NCBI GenBank assembly: GCA_963704905.1
Contig: CAVPHZ010000002.1
Location: 634-64,633, forward strand
Source of the DNA: Candidatus Chisholmbacteria bacterium
GTDB lineage: Bacteria; Patescibacteriota; Microgenomatia; UBA1400; Chisholmbacteraceae
DNA: 64,000 bases
Direction of reading: 5' to 3'
Below, piece by piece: positions 1 to 9,080 of this stretch. The notes under the pieces are model-generated. The model made no database searches. It worked only from the letters and a program-made list of their open reading frames with translations, and was not told where the DNA came from. Position numbers and translations under genes: made by a program. Position 1 is the first letter of the stretch, and the number at the start of each line of letters is the position of its first letter.

Positions 1-509
1 TCCCAAAAGATGTTAAAGAACTTTCAGCACTTGCAAAAAGCGTCGGTGAGGGAGATGGTCTTTTTGAAAAAATTGATCAGCTGAATGAGAATCGTATTCC
101 CAGACTTGTCAATGAATATAATGCCATTTCAGATATGAAAAATAAAACTGTCGCCGTCCTCGGTCTTTCATTTAAACCAAATACAGACGATATGCGAGAG
201 GCTCCGAGTATGAAATTTATATCGCTACTTATCCATTTGGGAGCCAAGGTGACTGCATATGATCCTAAGGCTATGGAAGAGGCAAAAAAACATTTCAAAG
301 ATACGATTCAGTACGCAAAAGATGCCTACCAAGCGGTCAAGGACGCAGATGTATTAATATTGCTGGTTGAATGGGATGAATTTAAGCAATTAAATTTGAA
401 GAAATTAAAAAACAACATGAAAGGTAATCTATTTATAGACACCCGAAATGTATATGATCCTAAAACAATAGAAAGAGAAGGATTTAAATATATAGGGATA
501 GGAAAATGA
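1..509 (+). CDS. ugd: UDP-glucose/GDP-mannose 6-dehydrogenase, 5'-truncated by window edge
   Basis: Frame is open from nt 3 (PKDVKELSALA..., tail of the GGxCxPKD motif) into VAVLGLSFKPNTDDMREAPS, AYDP, VEWDEF and IDTRN, typical of the UDPGDH C-terminal domain. Confidence 0.92.
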   Translation, partial: PKDVKELSALAKSVGEGDGLFEKIDQLNENRIPRLVNEYNAISDMKNKTVAVLGLSFKPNTDDMREAPSMKFISLLIHLGAKVTAYDPKAMEEAKKHFKDTIQYAKDAYQAVKDADVLILLVEWDEFKQLNLKKLKNNMKGNLFIDTRNVYDPKTIEREGFKYIGIGK

Positions 510-1473
510 GAATTATCATTACAGGTGCATCAGGTTTTGCTGGAACGCACCTTGTCGAATACTACAGAAAAAATCGAAAAAAAGTTGATCTCATATGCTT
601 GACCTATGGTGGATTTGAGTCAATTACAGACTTGGTTCCGGAAGAAAATATTCTTGAATTAAATCTTTTAGAAAAAAATAAAGTTGATGAACTCATCAAT
701 GAAGTTGAACCAGATGCAGTTATTCATCTGGCAGCGCTGGCCTCAGTCGGTAAAAGTTTTCAAAACCCACAAATTGTATTAGAAAATAACATCCTCTCAA
801 CTGCAAATATTCTCGAATCCGTACGAAATCACGCCAAGAAGGCAAGAGTGTTGCTAATCGGCTCAGCTGACGAGTATGGGGCGATTGATCCTGAATCAGT
901 TCCTCTTAGTGAGGACACACCACTGCGACCGACAAGTCCATACGCAGTCTCAAAGGTCGCTGTTGATTATCTGGGATTGCAATATTTTCTGGCTTATAAC
1001 ATGGACATCATCAGACTACGGCCGTTTAACCACATTGGAGAAAACCAAGCAACAGGGTTCGTTGTATCTGACTTTGCCAAGCAAATCGTGGAAGCGGAGC
1101 TCGGGAAAAAAGAAGTTATTACGGTTGGGAATTTAAGCGCAGTAAGGGATTTTACCGATGTAAAAGACATGGTACGGGCATATGATATCGCTCTAGAAAA
1201 ATGCGCCAGCGGTGAAGTCTATAACGTTGGTTCTGGACATGGAGTTCGAATCCAAGATCTTCTTAATAAAATGATTACTCAAGCCAGAGAAGAAATACGG
1301 GTGGAAGTAGACTCGAAACTGTACAGACCCATTGATACCGAATCAATCATCGCAAATACAGAAAAATTCGAAAAAATACCGGTTGGCGAGCCAGAACTCC
1401 GCTGGATGTGACCCTCAAGCGCGTGTTACACTACTGGAGAAATAAGATCATTACTTCAAAGGAGCTAGGGTAG
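506..1473 (+). CDS. rmd: GDP-4-keto-6-deoxy-D-mannose reductase-like extended SDR; frameshifted near 1371-1377
   Basis: ITGASGFAG, HLAA, SPYAVSK (YxxxK), RPFNHIG and RDFTDV motifs; adjacent to gmd. The expected C-terminus TGWRARTPLDVTLKRVLHYWRNK lies in another frame after the A6 run and ends at TAG 1471-1473, abutting the gmd ATG. Confidence 0.8.
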
Positions 1474-2448
1474 ATGTCAAAGCAAAAGAAAAAAGCGCTC
1501 ATCACAGGTATAACCGGCCAGGATGGTTCGTACCTCGCAGAATTCTTACTTGATAAAGGGTATGCCGTCTTCGGACTTACTCGTCGTACCAGTACTCCCA
1601 ACTATGACCGGATTAAGAACATTGTGGAAAAAATAACCTTAGTCCAAGGAGATCTTCTCGATCAACATTCACTGACAATGGCCATTAAAGATGTTCAGCC
1701 AGACGAAGTTTATAACCTTGCTGCTCAAAGTTTCGTACCCACCTCATGGAACCAGCCGGTGTTAACAGGAGAGTTTACCGCTCTTGGAGTTACACGCATT
1801 CTTGAAGCGATACGTCTAGCCAAGCCCGATGCAAAATTTTATCAGGCGAGCTCGAGTGAAATGTTTGGAAAAGTCCGTGAGACACCACAAAATGAAAACA
1901 CACCATATTATCCCAGAAGCCCATACGGAGTAGCCAAAGTGTACGGACATTGGATTACGGTGAATTATCGAGAGTCTTATAACCTGTTCGCAGTATCTGG
2001 AATCTTGTTTAATCACGAATCTCCCCGACGAGGTCTTGAGTTTGTAACCAGGAAGATTACTCATGGAGTGGCACGAATCAAATTAGGTAAGCAAAAAAAG
2101 CTAGCACTGGGAAATCTAAGTTCAAAACGTGACTGGGGGTACGCCCCTGAGTATGTTGAAGCAATGTGGATGATGTTGCAGCAAGACAAACCAGAGGATT
2201 TTGTCATTGGAACCGGAGAAACGCATTCTCCAAAAGAGTTTGCTAAAGTTGCTTTCGAGTCAGTTGGTTTACATTGGCAAGACTATGTCGTAACAGATAA
2301 AAAATATATGAGGCCGGCTGAAGTAGATTATCTTGTAGCGGATCCAACGCAAGCAAAGAATAAGCTCGGCTGGAAATATAAGACTGGTTATAAACAACTC
2401 GCAGAGATTATGGTGCAAGCCGACATTGAACTGCTCAAGAGCCAATGA
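1474..2448 (+). CDS. gmd: GDP-mannose 4,6-dehydratase
   Basis: ALITGITGQDGSYLAEFLL, YNLAAQSFV, FYQASSSEMFG, PRSPYGVAK, ILFNHESPRRG, FVTRKIT and RDWG motifs; SD-like AAAGGAG at 1458-1464. Confidence 0.98.
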   Translation: MSKQKKKALITGITGQDGSYLAEFLLDKGYAVFGLTRRTSTPNYDRIKNIVEKITLVQGDLLDQHSLTMAIKDVQPDEVYNLAAQSFVPTSWNQPVLTGEFTALGVTRILEAIRLAKPDAKFYQASSSEMFGKVRETPQNENTPYYPRSPYGVAKVYGHWITVNYRESYNLFAVSGILFNHESPRRGLEFVTRKITHGVARIKLGKQKKLALGNLSSKRDWGYAPEYVEAMWMMLQQDKPEDFVIGTGETHSPKEFAKVAFESVGLHWQDYVVTDKKYMRPAEVDYLVADPTQAKNKLGWKYKTGYKQLAEIMVQADIELLKSQ

Positions 2449-3555
2449 AAATCGTCATTATCCTTCCCACATACAACGAAGTAGAAAACATAGAACAGAT
2501 AATCGTAACGCTTCAAGAAAGTTCAAAAAAATATTCCCAACACCAAACACATCTTTTAGTAGTGGACGATAATTCACCAGACAAAACTGGCGATAAAGTA
2601 AAAGAACTTCAAGGAAAAGTACGATAATCTCCACTTATTATCTGGTGAAAAGAGAGGATTGGGTCAAGCCTATTTGAGGGGAATGGATTACGCCACCGAA
2701 AAACTCGGGGCTGAAGTGATGTTTGAGATCGACGCTGACTTTCAGCACGATCCACATGCCACACCGGAATTCATCTCAAAAATCGACGAAGGGTTCGATT
2801 TCGTTATTGGAAGTCGATACATCAAAGGTGGTTCAATTCCAAGCAATTGGGGTCTGAAAAGAAAAGTATTCAGTATCATAGGTAACCTAATCGTTCGTGG
2901 CGCATTAACAAATATTTCTGTTCATGACTGGACGTCGGGTTATCGGGCAATAAAAAGTTGGGTGTATAAAAAAGTTCGTGATGATTTAGCGCAATATAAT
3001 GGGTACACGTTTCAAGTAGCTTTCCTGCACAAAGCAATAGAGTCAAAAGCCAAGATTGTTGAAGTGCCAATTCAATTTGGTGAGAGAAAATATGGAAAAT
3101 CAAAAATTGGTGGAGAGTATATAAAAAATCTACTCCTGTATCTTATACACACAAGAATTCGATTCATCAAATTTCTCATCGTTGGAACCATCGGCTTCAT
3201 CGTAAATACCATAGGATTAGAAGGGTTCATCTACTTGGGCTTGAGACCATCATTAGCTGGAGCCGCCGGAGCGGAACTAGCTATCTTTTCTAATTTCACC
3301 TTAAATAATCTCTGGACATTCAAGGAAAATAAAATTACTTCAGTGAAACAGATCCCGGTCAAATTTCTTATCTTTAACGCTGCATCATTTGGCTCCGTTG
3401 TCATACAAGCAATTACGATTGAAATAGGATCTCGATTGTTTGGCGTGGAGCTCTATAGACTCTATTTTATTATCGGAGTTGGTATAGGCCTCATCTGGAA
3501 CTACGTTATGTATAATCGTGTCGTTTGGAAAACCCACAAAACCGATGTCAAATGA
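2445..3555 (+). CDS. DPM1-like polyprenol-phosphate sugar synthase (GT2) fused to a GtrA-type flippase domain; frameshifted near 2612-2618
   Basis: IILPTYNE and VVDDNSPD in ORF 2445-2627; removing one base gives ...KYDNLHLLSGEKRGLGQAY, IDADFQHDP, GSRY, DWTSGYRA. The C-terminus RFIKFLIVG...NFTLNNLWTF...WNYVMYNRVVW is GtrA-like with 4 TM segments. Confidence 0.88.
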
Positions 3556-4292
3556 AAAAGGTACTTCCCAAACTTATAACTGTTACCCTTGCCGTACCAG
3601 TCTACAACGAACAACAACAACTTGAGAAAAATATCAAGAAGCTGAATTCCTTCATAACGGAAAACAAATTTTCTAACTTTAGCATTCAAATAGTCATTGT
3701 TGATAATGGCTCAACTGATGACACACCCAACATCGGCAATACGCTTGAGAGAGAAATAGAAAACGTAACATATCTTCGTTTAGAGGAAAAAGGAAGAGGA
3801 CGTGCCTTAAGAGCTATTTGGATGAAAAGTGAAGCAGATATTCTATCGTACATGGACGTCGATCTTTCCGCAGACCTCGAAAGCGTGTACCCACTTCTCA
3901 GTATAGTGGCATCAAAAGATGCAGAGATTGCCATCGGCTCAAGACTTATGAAGGAGTCAGATGTAAAGGGAAGAACTCGTGCTAGAGAGATCATGTCTCG
4001 AAGTTACAATTTCTTAGTTCAGGTGCTGCTGAATGTCAAGATAAAAGATGCACAATGTGGATTTAAGGCTATACAACGAGATGCATTCCGTACAATCGAG
4101 CCTAAGATACAAAATCAGAATTGGTTTTTTGATACAGAATTGCTAGTGATTGCCAGCAAAATGGGATTGAGGATTCATGAGATACCAGTCAAATGGACAG
4201 ATGATCCAGGTTCTACTGTCAAGATTGCCAGAACTGCAATGGAAGACATCCATGGGATAATGCGATTAGTAAAGGAAAAACCATGGCTCTAA
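3552..4292 (+). CDS. GT2 polyprenol-phosphate glycosyltransferase (DPG synthase/ALG5-like)
   Basis: VPVYNE, VDNGSTD, KGRGRA, YMDVDLS, GSR, DAQCGFKA, WFFDTELL and EIPVKW motifs; ATG 3552 forms an ATGA overlap with the upstream stop. Confidence 0.9.
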   Translation: MKKVLPKLITVTLAVPVYNEQQQLEKNIKKLNSFITENKFSNFSIQIVIVDNGSTDDTPNIGNTLEREIENVTYLRLEEKGRGRALRAIWMKSEADILSYMDVDLSADLESVYPLLSIVASKDAEIAIGSRLMKESDVKGRTRAREIMSRSYNFLVQVLLNVKIKDAQCGFKAIQRDAFRTIEPKIQNQNWFFDTELLVIASKMGLRIHEIPVKWTDDPGSTVKIARTAMEDIHGIMRLVKEKPWL

Positions 4293-5824
4293 AAGTAAAA
4301 CATGTTGTAAAGTACTGTTGCGAAAATAAATTGGAGCTTCTGATCCTCACTTCGATTTTACTCATTGCACTATTTCTCAGAACCTACAAAATAAGAGAAT
4401 TTATCATATTTTTAGGGGACGAGGGTAGAGATGCGCTTGTCGTCAGGAGAATGATTGTCGATTACAAATTTACACTTCTCGGACCTACAGCATCAGTTGG
4501 TGGATTTTACTTAGGACCAATCTACTACTATTTCATGATTCCATTCCTTTGGCTCGCTAATTTTGACCCAGTAGGGCCAGCTGTGATGGTAGCGTTACTT
4601 GGAACAATAACGGTTGCTTTGGTGTACTGGACATCGAGAGAGTGGTTCGATGTTCGTACTGCAATGATCACCTCAATGGTCTATGCGACCGCACCGGGAA
4701 TAATTCTTTCCTCTCGTTCTTCATGGAATCCAAATATTATGCCGTTCTTTGCTCTGTTGGCGGTAGTTTCTCTCTATAAAGCTGCAACAAAAAACAAACT
4801 CATGTGGACATTCATCAGTGGAGCTTCCATTGGCGTGGCAATCCAATCACATTATCTTGGACTGATACTCGGGCCGATCATTGCAGTATCCGCATTAGTG
4901 TCCTTTGAAAAAAGACATTGGGTGAAAAATACGCTTACTGGAATAGTTGGCTTTTTCACTGGAGGATCGATGTACTTTGCTTTTGAGTTTAGACACAATT
5001 TTCCAAACATCAGATCAGTTCTAGAGTTCATCGGTCGTGGAGGCAACACAACCGGCCCGAGAAGCATAAACATTGTTTGGTTATTCATCGATATGGTGAA
5101 AAGAATGTATGAGGCGGCGTTCATAACCCTTGACTTGTCAATACGAAATTGGTTGGTGTACTTGAGTATTACTGGATTACTACTAGTGCTTATCAATCGT
5201 TGGAAGAAAAAAAGGAAACTTTCGCTTGGGTTTAAACTTCTTCTTGTGTGGCTGGTTGTCGGTATTTTTGGAATTGGATCGTATAAAGGTCAACTCTATC
5301 CTCATTATTTTGGGTTTCTTCTTCCTGTTCCGGTTTTGATACTTGGAGTCTTGCTTGGTCAGTTAGTCAAGAAAAATTCGACTAAATATGTTGCATATCT
5401 GCTTGTGGGTCTACTACTGTACTTGAATCTATCAACTCTTCCCATTTGGGGCAGAGGCTCTAACTTAATTGATCAGACTGAACGGGTTGCCGAGGCGATA
5501 GGAGAAATTACAGATGATGAACCATTTAATTTTGCATTGATCTCCTCAGGAAATTCAGATCATGCATACAGATATTTCCTGGAGATTAACGGAAAGAAGC
5601 CAAGAACACTTGAAGAAGAAGTCACACAACAACTCATTGTCATTTGCGAAGAAATCGATAATCCCTGCCTTCCTCTGGGACATCCTCTTTGGGAGGTAGC
5701 TGGATTTGGGCGGGCAGAGGTTGTGCTGGAGAAATCCGTAGATCCAGGGATTAAAATAGTAAAAATGGTCCATCACGAAGATTCTAAACATCTCATCGGA
5801 AGCCCAGCACCAAAAGGAGGATGA
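4283..5824 (+). CDS. GT-C membrane glycosyltransferase, ArnT/PMT_2-like
   Basis: TM1-LR followed by FLGDEGRD, LGP...LGPIYYY, SWNPN, QSHY and FEFRHNF; about 11-13 hydrophobic segments and a soluble C-terminal domain. Confidence 0.85.
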   Translation: MALKVKHVVKYCCENKLELLILTSILLIALFLRTYKIREFIIFLGDEGRDALVVRRMIVDYKFTLLGPTASVGGFYLGPIYYYFMIPFLWLANFDPVGPAVMVALLGTITVALVYWTSREWFDVRTAMITSMVYATAPGIILSSRSSWNPNIMPFFALLAVVSLYKAATKNKLMWTFISGASIGVAIQSHYLGLILGPIIAVSALVSFEKRHWVKNTLTGIVGFFTGGSMYFAFEFRHNFPNIRSVLEFIGRGGNTTGPRSINIVWLFIDMVKRMYEAAFITLDLSIRNWLVYLSITGLLLVLINRWKKKRKLSLGFKLLLVWLVVGIFGIGSYKGQLYPHYFGFLLPVPVLILGVLLGQLVKKNSTKYVAYLLVGLLLYLNLSTLPIWGRGSNLIDQTERVAEAIGEITDDEPFNFALISSGNSDHAYRYFLEINGKKPRTLEEEVTQQLIVICEEIDNPCLPLGHPLWEVAGFGRAEVVLEKSVDPGIKIVKMVHHEDSKHLIGSPAPKGG

Positions 5825-5828
5825 GATT

Positions 5829-6590
5829 ATGTTCGACAAAGCCCCCTATTTATCAGTTGTCATACCAGCTTATAACGAAAAAGCAAACTTCAAAAAAGGT
5901 GTGCTCGAGCAGGTCAATACGTATTTAAAGCAAAGAGAATACTCATTCGAAGTAATTGTAGTTGACGACGGATCAACTGACGCAACAGCAGATTTGGTAG
6001 AGAAGTGGATAGTAGGAAAAGGAAATTGGAAGTTAATTCGTAAACCGCACAAAGGCAAGGCTCCCGCAGTTACAGCAGGTATTAAAGAAGCAATAGGAGA
6101 AATAATTGTTTTTACTGATTTTGATCAAGCAACCCCAATTAGTGAAATAGAAAAACTCTTACCCTTTATGAAAAAAGGATACTCCATTGCTATCGGATCA
6201 CGTGAAGTAAAAGGAAGCAGGAGAGAAGAAGAGCCATGGCATCGACACCTCATGGGTAGAGGGTGGAACATCATCGTACAAATAGTTGCGCTTCGAGGCA
6301 TCCACGATACCCAGTGTGGATTTAAGTTATTTAAAGCAGATAGTGCCAAAAAGCTCTTTGATGGGCTTTATGTCTATAAAGATGCAATAGAGAAGGAAGC
6401 CTATACAGGTGCTTTTGATGTAGAATTGTTATACCTCGCTCAAAAAAAGGGACTTCAAATTGCTGAAGTACCAGTCCATTGGAAGCATATTGATACAGAT
6501 CGAGTAAACCCCATTCGTGACTCGGTTCGTATGTTTATTGACCTTTTAAAAATACGACTCGCAGATGTAATGGGAAAGTATGAAAAATAA
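5829..6590 (+). CDS. GT2 polyprenol-phosphate glycosyltransferase (DPG synthase/ALG5-like)
   Basis: LSVVIPAYNE, VVDDGSTD, HKGKA, FTDFDQATP, DTQCGFKLF and FDVELL motifs; SD AAAGGAGG at 5813-5820. Confidence 0.92.
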   Translation: MFDKAPYLSVVIPAYNEKANFKKGVLEQVNTYLKQREYSFEVIVVDDGSTDATADLVEKWIVGKGNWKLIRKPHKGKAPAVTAGIKEAIGEIIVFTDFDQATPISEIEKLLPFMKKGYSIAIGSREVKGSRREEEPWHRHLMGRGWNIIVQIVALRGIHDTQCGFKLFKADSAKKLFDGLYVYKDAIEKEAYTGAFDVELLYLAQKKGLQIAEVPVHWKHIDTDRVNPIRDSVRMFIDLLKIRLADVMGKYEK

Positions 6591-7752
6591 GAGATTCTTA
6601 TTGATATTATTAGGGTATATACTAACCCTTTTTGGACTGCTGGTTTATTCATACGCCCACATCGATCTCAACCTCACACTTTCATCAAATTCTTTCTATC
6701 AAAGCTTTCAAAATCAACTCATTCAGCTTGGATACTTTAAACGGGGATTATCCACGCAGCTATTTGTAGTACTTACAACTCTTCTCTTCATACTCCAATC
6801 GATAGTTGTAGATGCCATTAGAAAAAAATATATTCGGACAAGTCACGTTCTTAAGCTAAGTATAATAGCTGCTGGGCTATTACTATTTGCGTATCCTGCT
6901 TTTTCCCATGATATCTTTAACTATATTTTCGATACGAGGTTACTCATTGAGCACAACGTTAATCCTTGGCAGTACACAGCCCTAGATTTTCCGCAGGATC
7001 TATGGACTCGATTCATGCGCTGGACTCACCGGACCTATCCATATGGACCAACATGGCTTCCCTTGACTGTCCCATTTTATCTTGCTGGGTTAGGAAAATT
7101 TACACCCACATTGTTTTGGTTCAAGTTTCTTGGTGTGCTGAGTTACCTAACCAGTGTGTGGTCGGTCAAAAACATACTTAAAATGACTAAGCCCAAGTAT
7201 CAGACGGTCGGACTGGCGCTTTTCGCATTGAATCCATTAATAATCATCGAAAGTTTAGTGACGGCTCATCTCGATGCAGTCATGGCTGCAGTCTTTTTGG
7301 CTGGGTTGGTTTTTTTACTCAATGGTAGAAATGTCTTAAGTTGGATTTTCTTACTGCTTTCAGCTGGGATGAAATATGTCACCGCCTCAGCGGTACCAGT
7401 GTGGTTATGGTGGAAAGGAAAAAAGAATAACTTCAATCAAGCGGTTATGACAATGCTTGTGTTTTCACTCGTAGCTACAGGAGTTGCAATTTATCTTCGA
7501 GAAATTCTTCCCTGGTACTTTATCACGCCGTTGGCATTACTCTCGCTCCTCCCAGAAAGGAAAGAACTCCAAGCAGCAAGTAGTATCATTTCCGCAGGTT
7601 TGCTGTTTCGTTACACACCATTTATTCTGATTGGAGAGTACACACAACAAGTCAATACCATGAGGAATGTTGGCACTGGAGTAGCTTTTCTAATTAGTAT
7701 TGCAGTATTCGTATGGATAAAAAACAAAAGCTTCTCTTCACCTTCATTATAG
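6580..7752 (+). CDS. GT-C membrane glycosyltransferase, MptA/MptB-like
   Basis: FSHDIFNY, NPW, YPYGP, ALNPL, AHLD, KY and PWY motifs in a polytopic protein; same motif order as the pair at 47122 and 48470. Confidence 0.72.
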   Translation: MKNKRFLLILLGYILTLFGLLVYSYAHIDLNLTLSSNSFYQSFQNQLIQLGYFKRGLSTQLFVVLTTLLFILQSIVVDAIRKKYIRTSHVLKLSIIAAGLLLFAYPAFSHDIFNYIFDTRLLIEHNVNPWQYTALDFPQDLWTRFMRWTHRTYPYGPTWLPLTVPFYLAGLGKFTPTLFWFKFLGVLSYLTSVWSVKNILKMTKPKYQTVGLALFALNPLIIIESLVTAHLDAVMAAVFLAGLVFLLNGRNVLSWIFLLLSAGMKYVTASAVPVWLWWKGKKNNFNQAVMTMLVFSLVATGVAIYLREILPWYFITPLALLSLLPERKELQAASSIISAGLLFRYTPFILIGEYTQQVNTMRNVGTGVAFLISIAVFVWIKNKSFSSPSL

Positions 7753-9080
7753 TCGTTGGATTCTTACTCCGGATTTATAAATTGAGAAGCGCAATGGGCT
7801 TTGATTACGATCAAGAGGTTGCTGCATTTGCGGTTCAAAGGATTCTATCTGGGGATTTTACTCTCATCGGTCAGGAAATTAGCATCGGTGGTGTATTTAT
7901 TGGTCCTGGATACTATTATCTGTTATCAATCTTCTATTGGTTGTTTGCTGGAGATCCGCTCGGAGCGGGAGTGATGGTTTCGCTATTCTCAGTAGCAACT
8001 ATGGTATTACTATTCTCCGTCTCTCGTAGTCTCACAAATATAGAAACAGCATTCATCGCGCTCACGCTCTTTGCTACTAGCAGTAAAATCATCTTCTTTG
8101 ACAGAACCACAGCTCCATCAAATCTCTTGATGCTCTCAGCATTACTCGTGCTATTTATTCTTATTCAAATTAAAAAGTATGGATCAAAACTAGTTCCACT
8201 ACTCAGTCTCATCCTCAGTGGGGCAGTTATTCATATTCACCCGACTGCTATTACTCTCGCACCAATAATATTTTTCCTTTGGCGGTTATGGAAATTGGCA
8301 AAACCAAATCCAAGTCAGATTCTCATGACAATGATAGCTGCGCTTCTTCCTCTTTCACCACTTATCATTTTTGACCTAAAGAATAACTTTCTCAACTTAA
8401 GAGGAGTCTTCCATGCGACAGGCATCCATGGCAGCGAAGCTTACTTCTTTCTATTAAAGTTTCTTCTACTGGTACGGATACAGATTGAGAACCTTGCCTC
8501 GCTATTTCCTTTCGGGAATTTAAACCTACTCATTGCAATTTCCTTTGTGTTCATATTCATACGATATTCAAAAAAAGAAAATCGACAACTATTGGTGGGA
8601 TGGGTGCTGATGTCAACCATGACACTCAGCTTCTACACAAGACATGTTCCAGAATATTACCTGCTCCCGTCTTTACCTGCTTTGCTAATTATCGCTGCAG
8701 TAGCGATAAGATTAATAATCAAAACGTTACCTAATAAAGTCATCTTGACCGCATTCCTCTCAATAGTTCTGTGGAACGGCTACCTTTCACTTTTGACTGA
8801 TAATCCGTACAGCCTATTGTACCGTCAGCAAACTGTCGACTATATTAAAACAGCCCAAAAAGAGGATGTGTATGTTTCCTTTGACACAGATTATGGACTA
8901 GAATCAGGATTTCATTATTTACTGAAGGTCAATGATGTTAAAATAGCCGATAAAGATCATATACCCTCTCACACGATTATCATGCCTCCAGATAGAAGAA
9001 TCGCAAAGAATAGGGAAGTTACATTCGGTGGTATAAAAGTGATAGAAAATATAGAGAGAACCTCAATAAATCATGAGTAG
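7713..9080 (+). CDS. GT-C membrane glycosyltransferase, ArnT/PMT_2-like
   Basis: LLRIY...FDYDQE...LIG...FIGPGYYY, HIH, FDLKNNF and EYY motifs; paralog of 4283-5824. Confidence 0.83.
   Translation: MDKKQKLLFTFIIVVGFLLRIYKLRSAMGFDYDQEVAAFAVQRILSGDFTLIGQEISIGGVFIGPGYYYLLSIFYWLFAGDPLGAGVMVSLFSVATMVLLFSVSRSLTNIETAFIALTLFATSSKIIFFDRTTAPSNLLMLSALLVLFILIQIKKYGSKLVPLLSLILSGAVIHIHPTAITLAPIIFFLWRLWKLAKPNPSQILMTMIAALLPLSPLIIFDLKNNFLNLRGVFHATGIHGSEAYFFLLKFLLLVRIQIENLASLFPFGNLNLLIAISFVFIFIRYSKKENRQLLVGWVLMSTMTLSFYTRHVPEYYLLPSLPALLIIAAVAIRLIIKTLPNKVILTAFLSIVLWNGYLSLLTDNPYSLLYRQQTVDYIKTAQKEDVYVSFDTDYGLESGFHYLLKVNDVKIADKDHIPSHTIIMPPDRRIAKNREVTFGGIKVIENIERTSINHE

Noticed and set aside
3511-3516. Perfect TATAAT upstream of the GT2 at 3552
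   Set aside because: It is inside coding sequence (Tyr-Asn codons), has no TGn extension or clear -35, and the gene is already ATGA-coupled.
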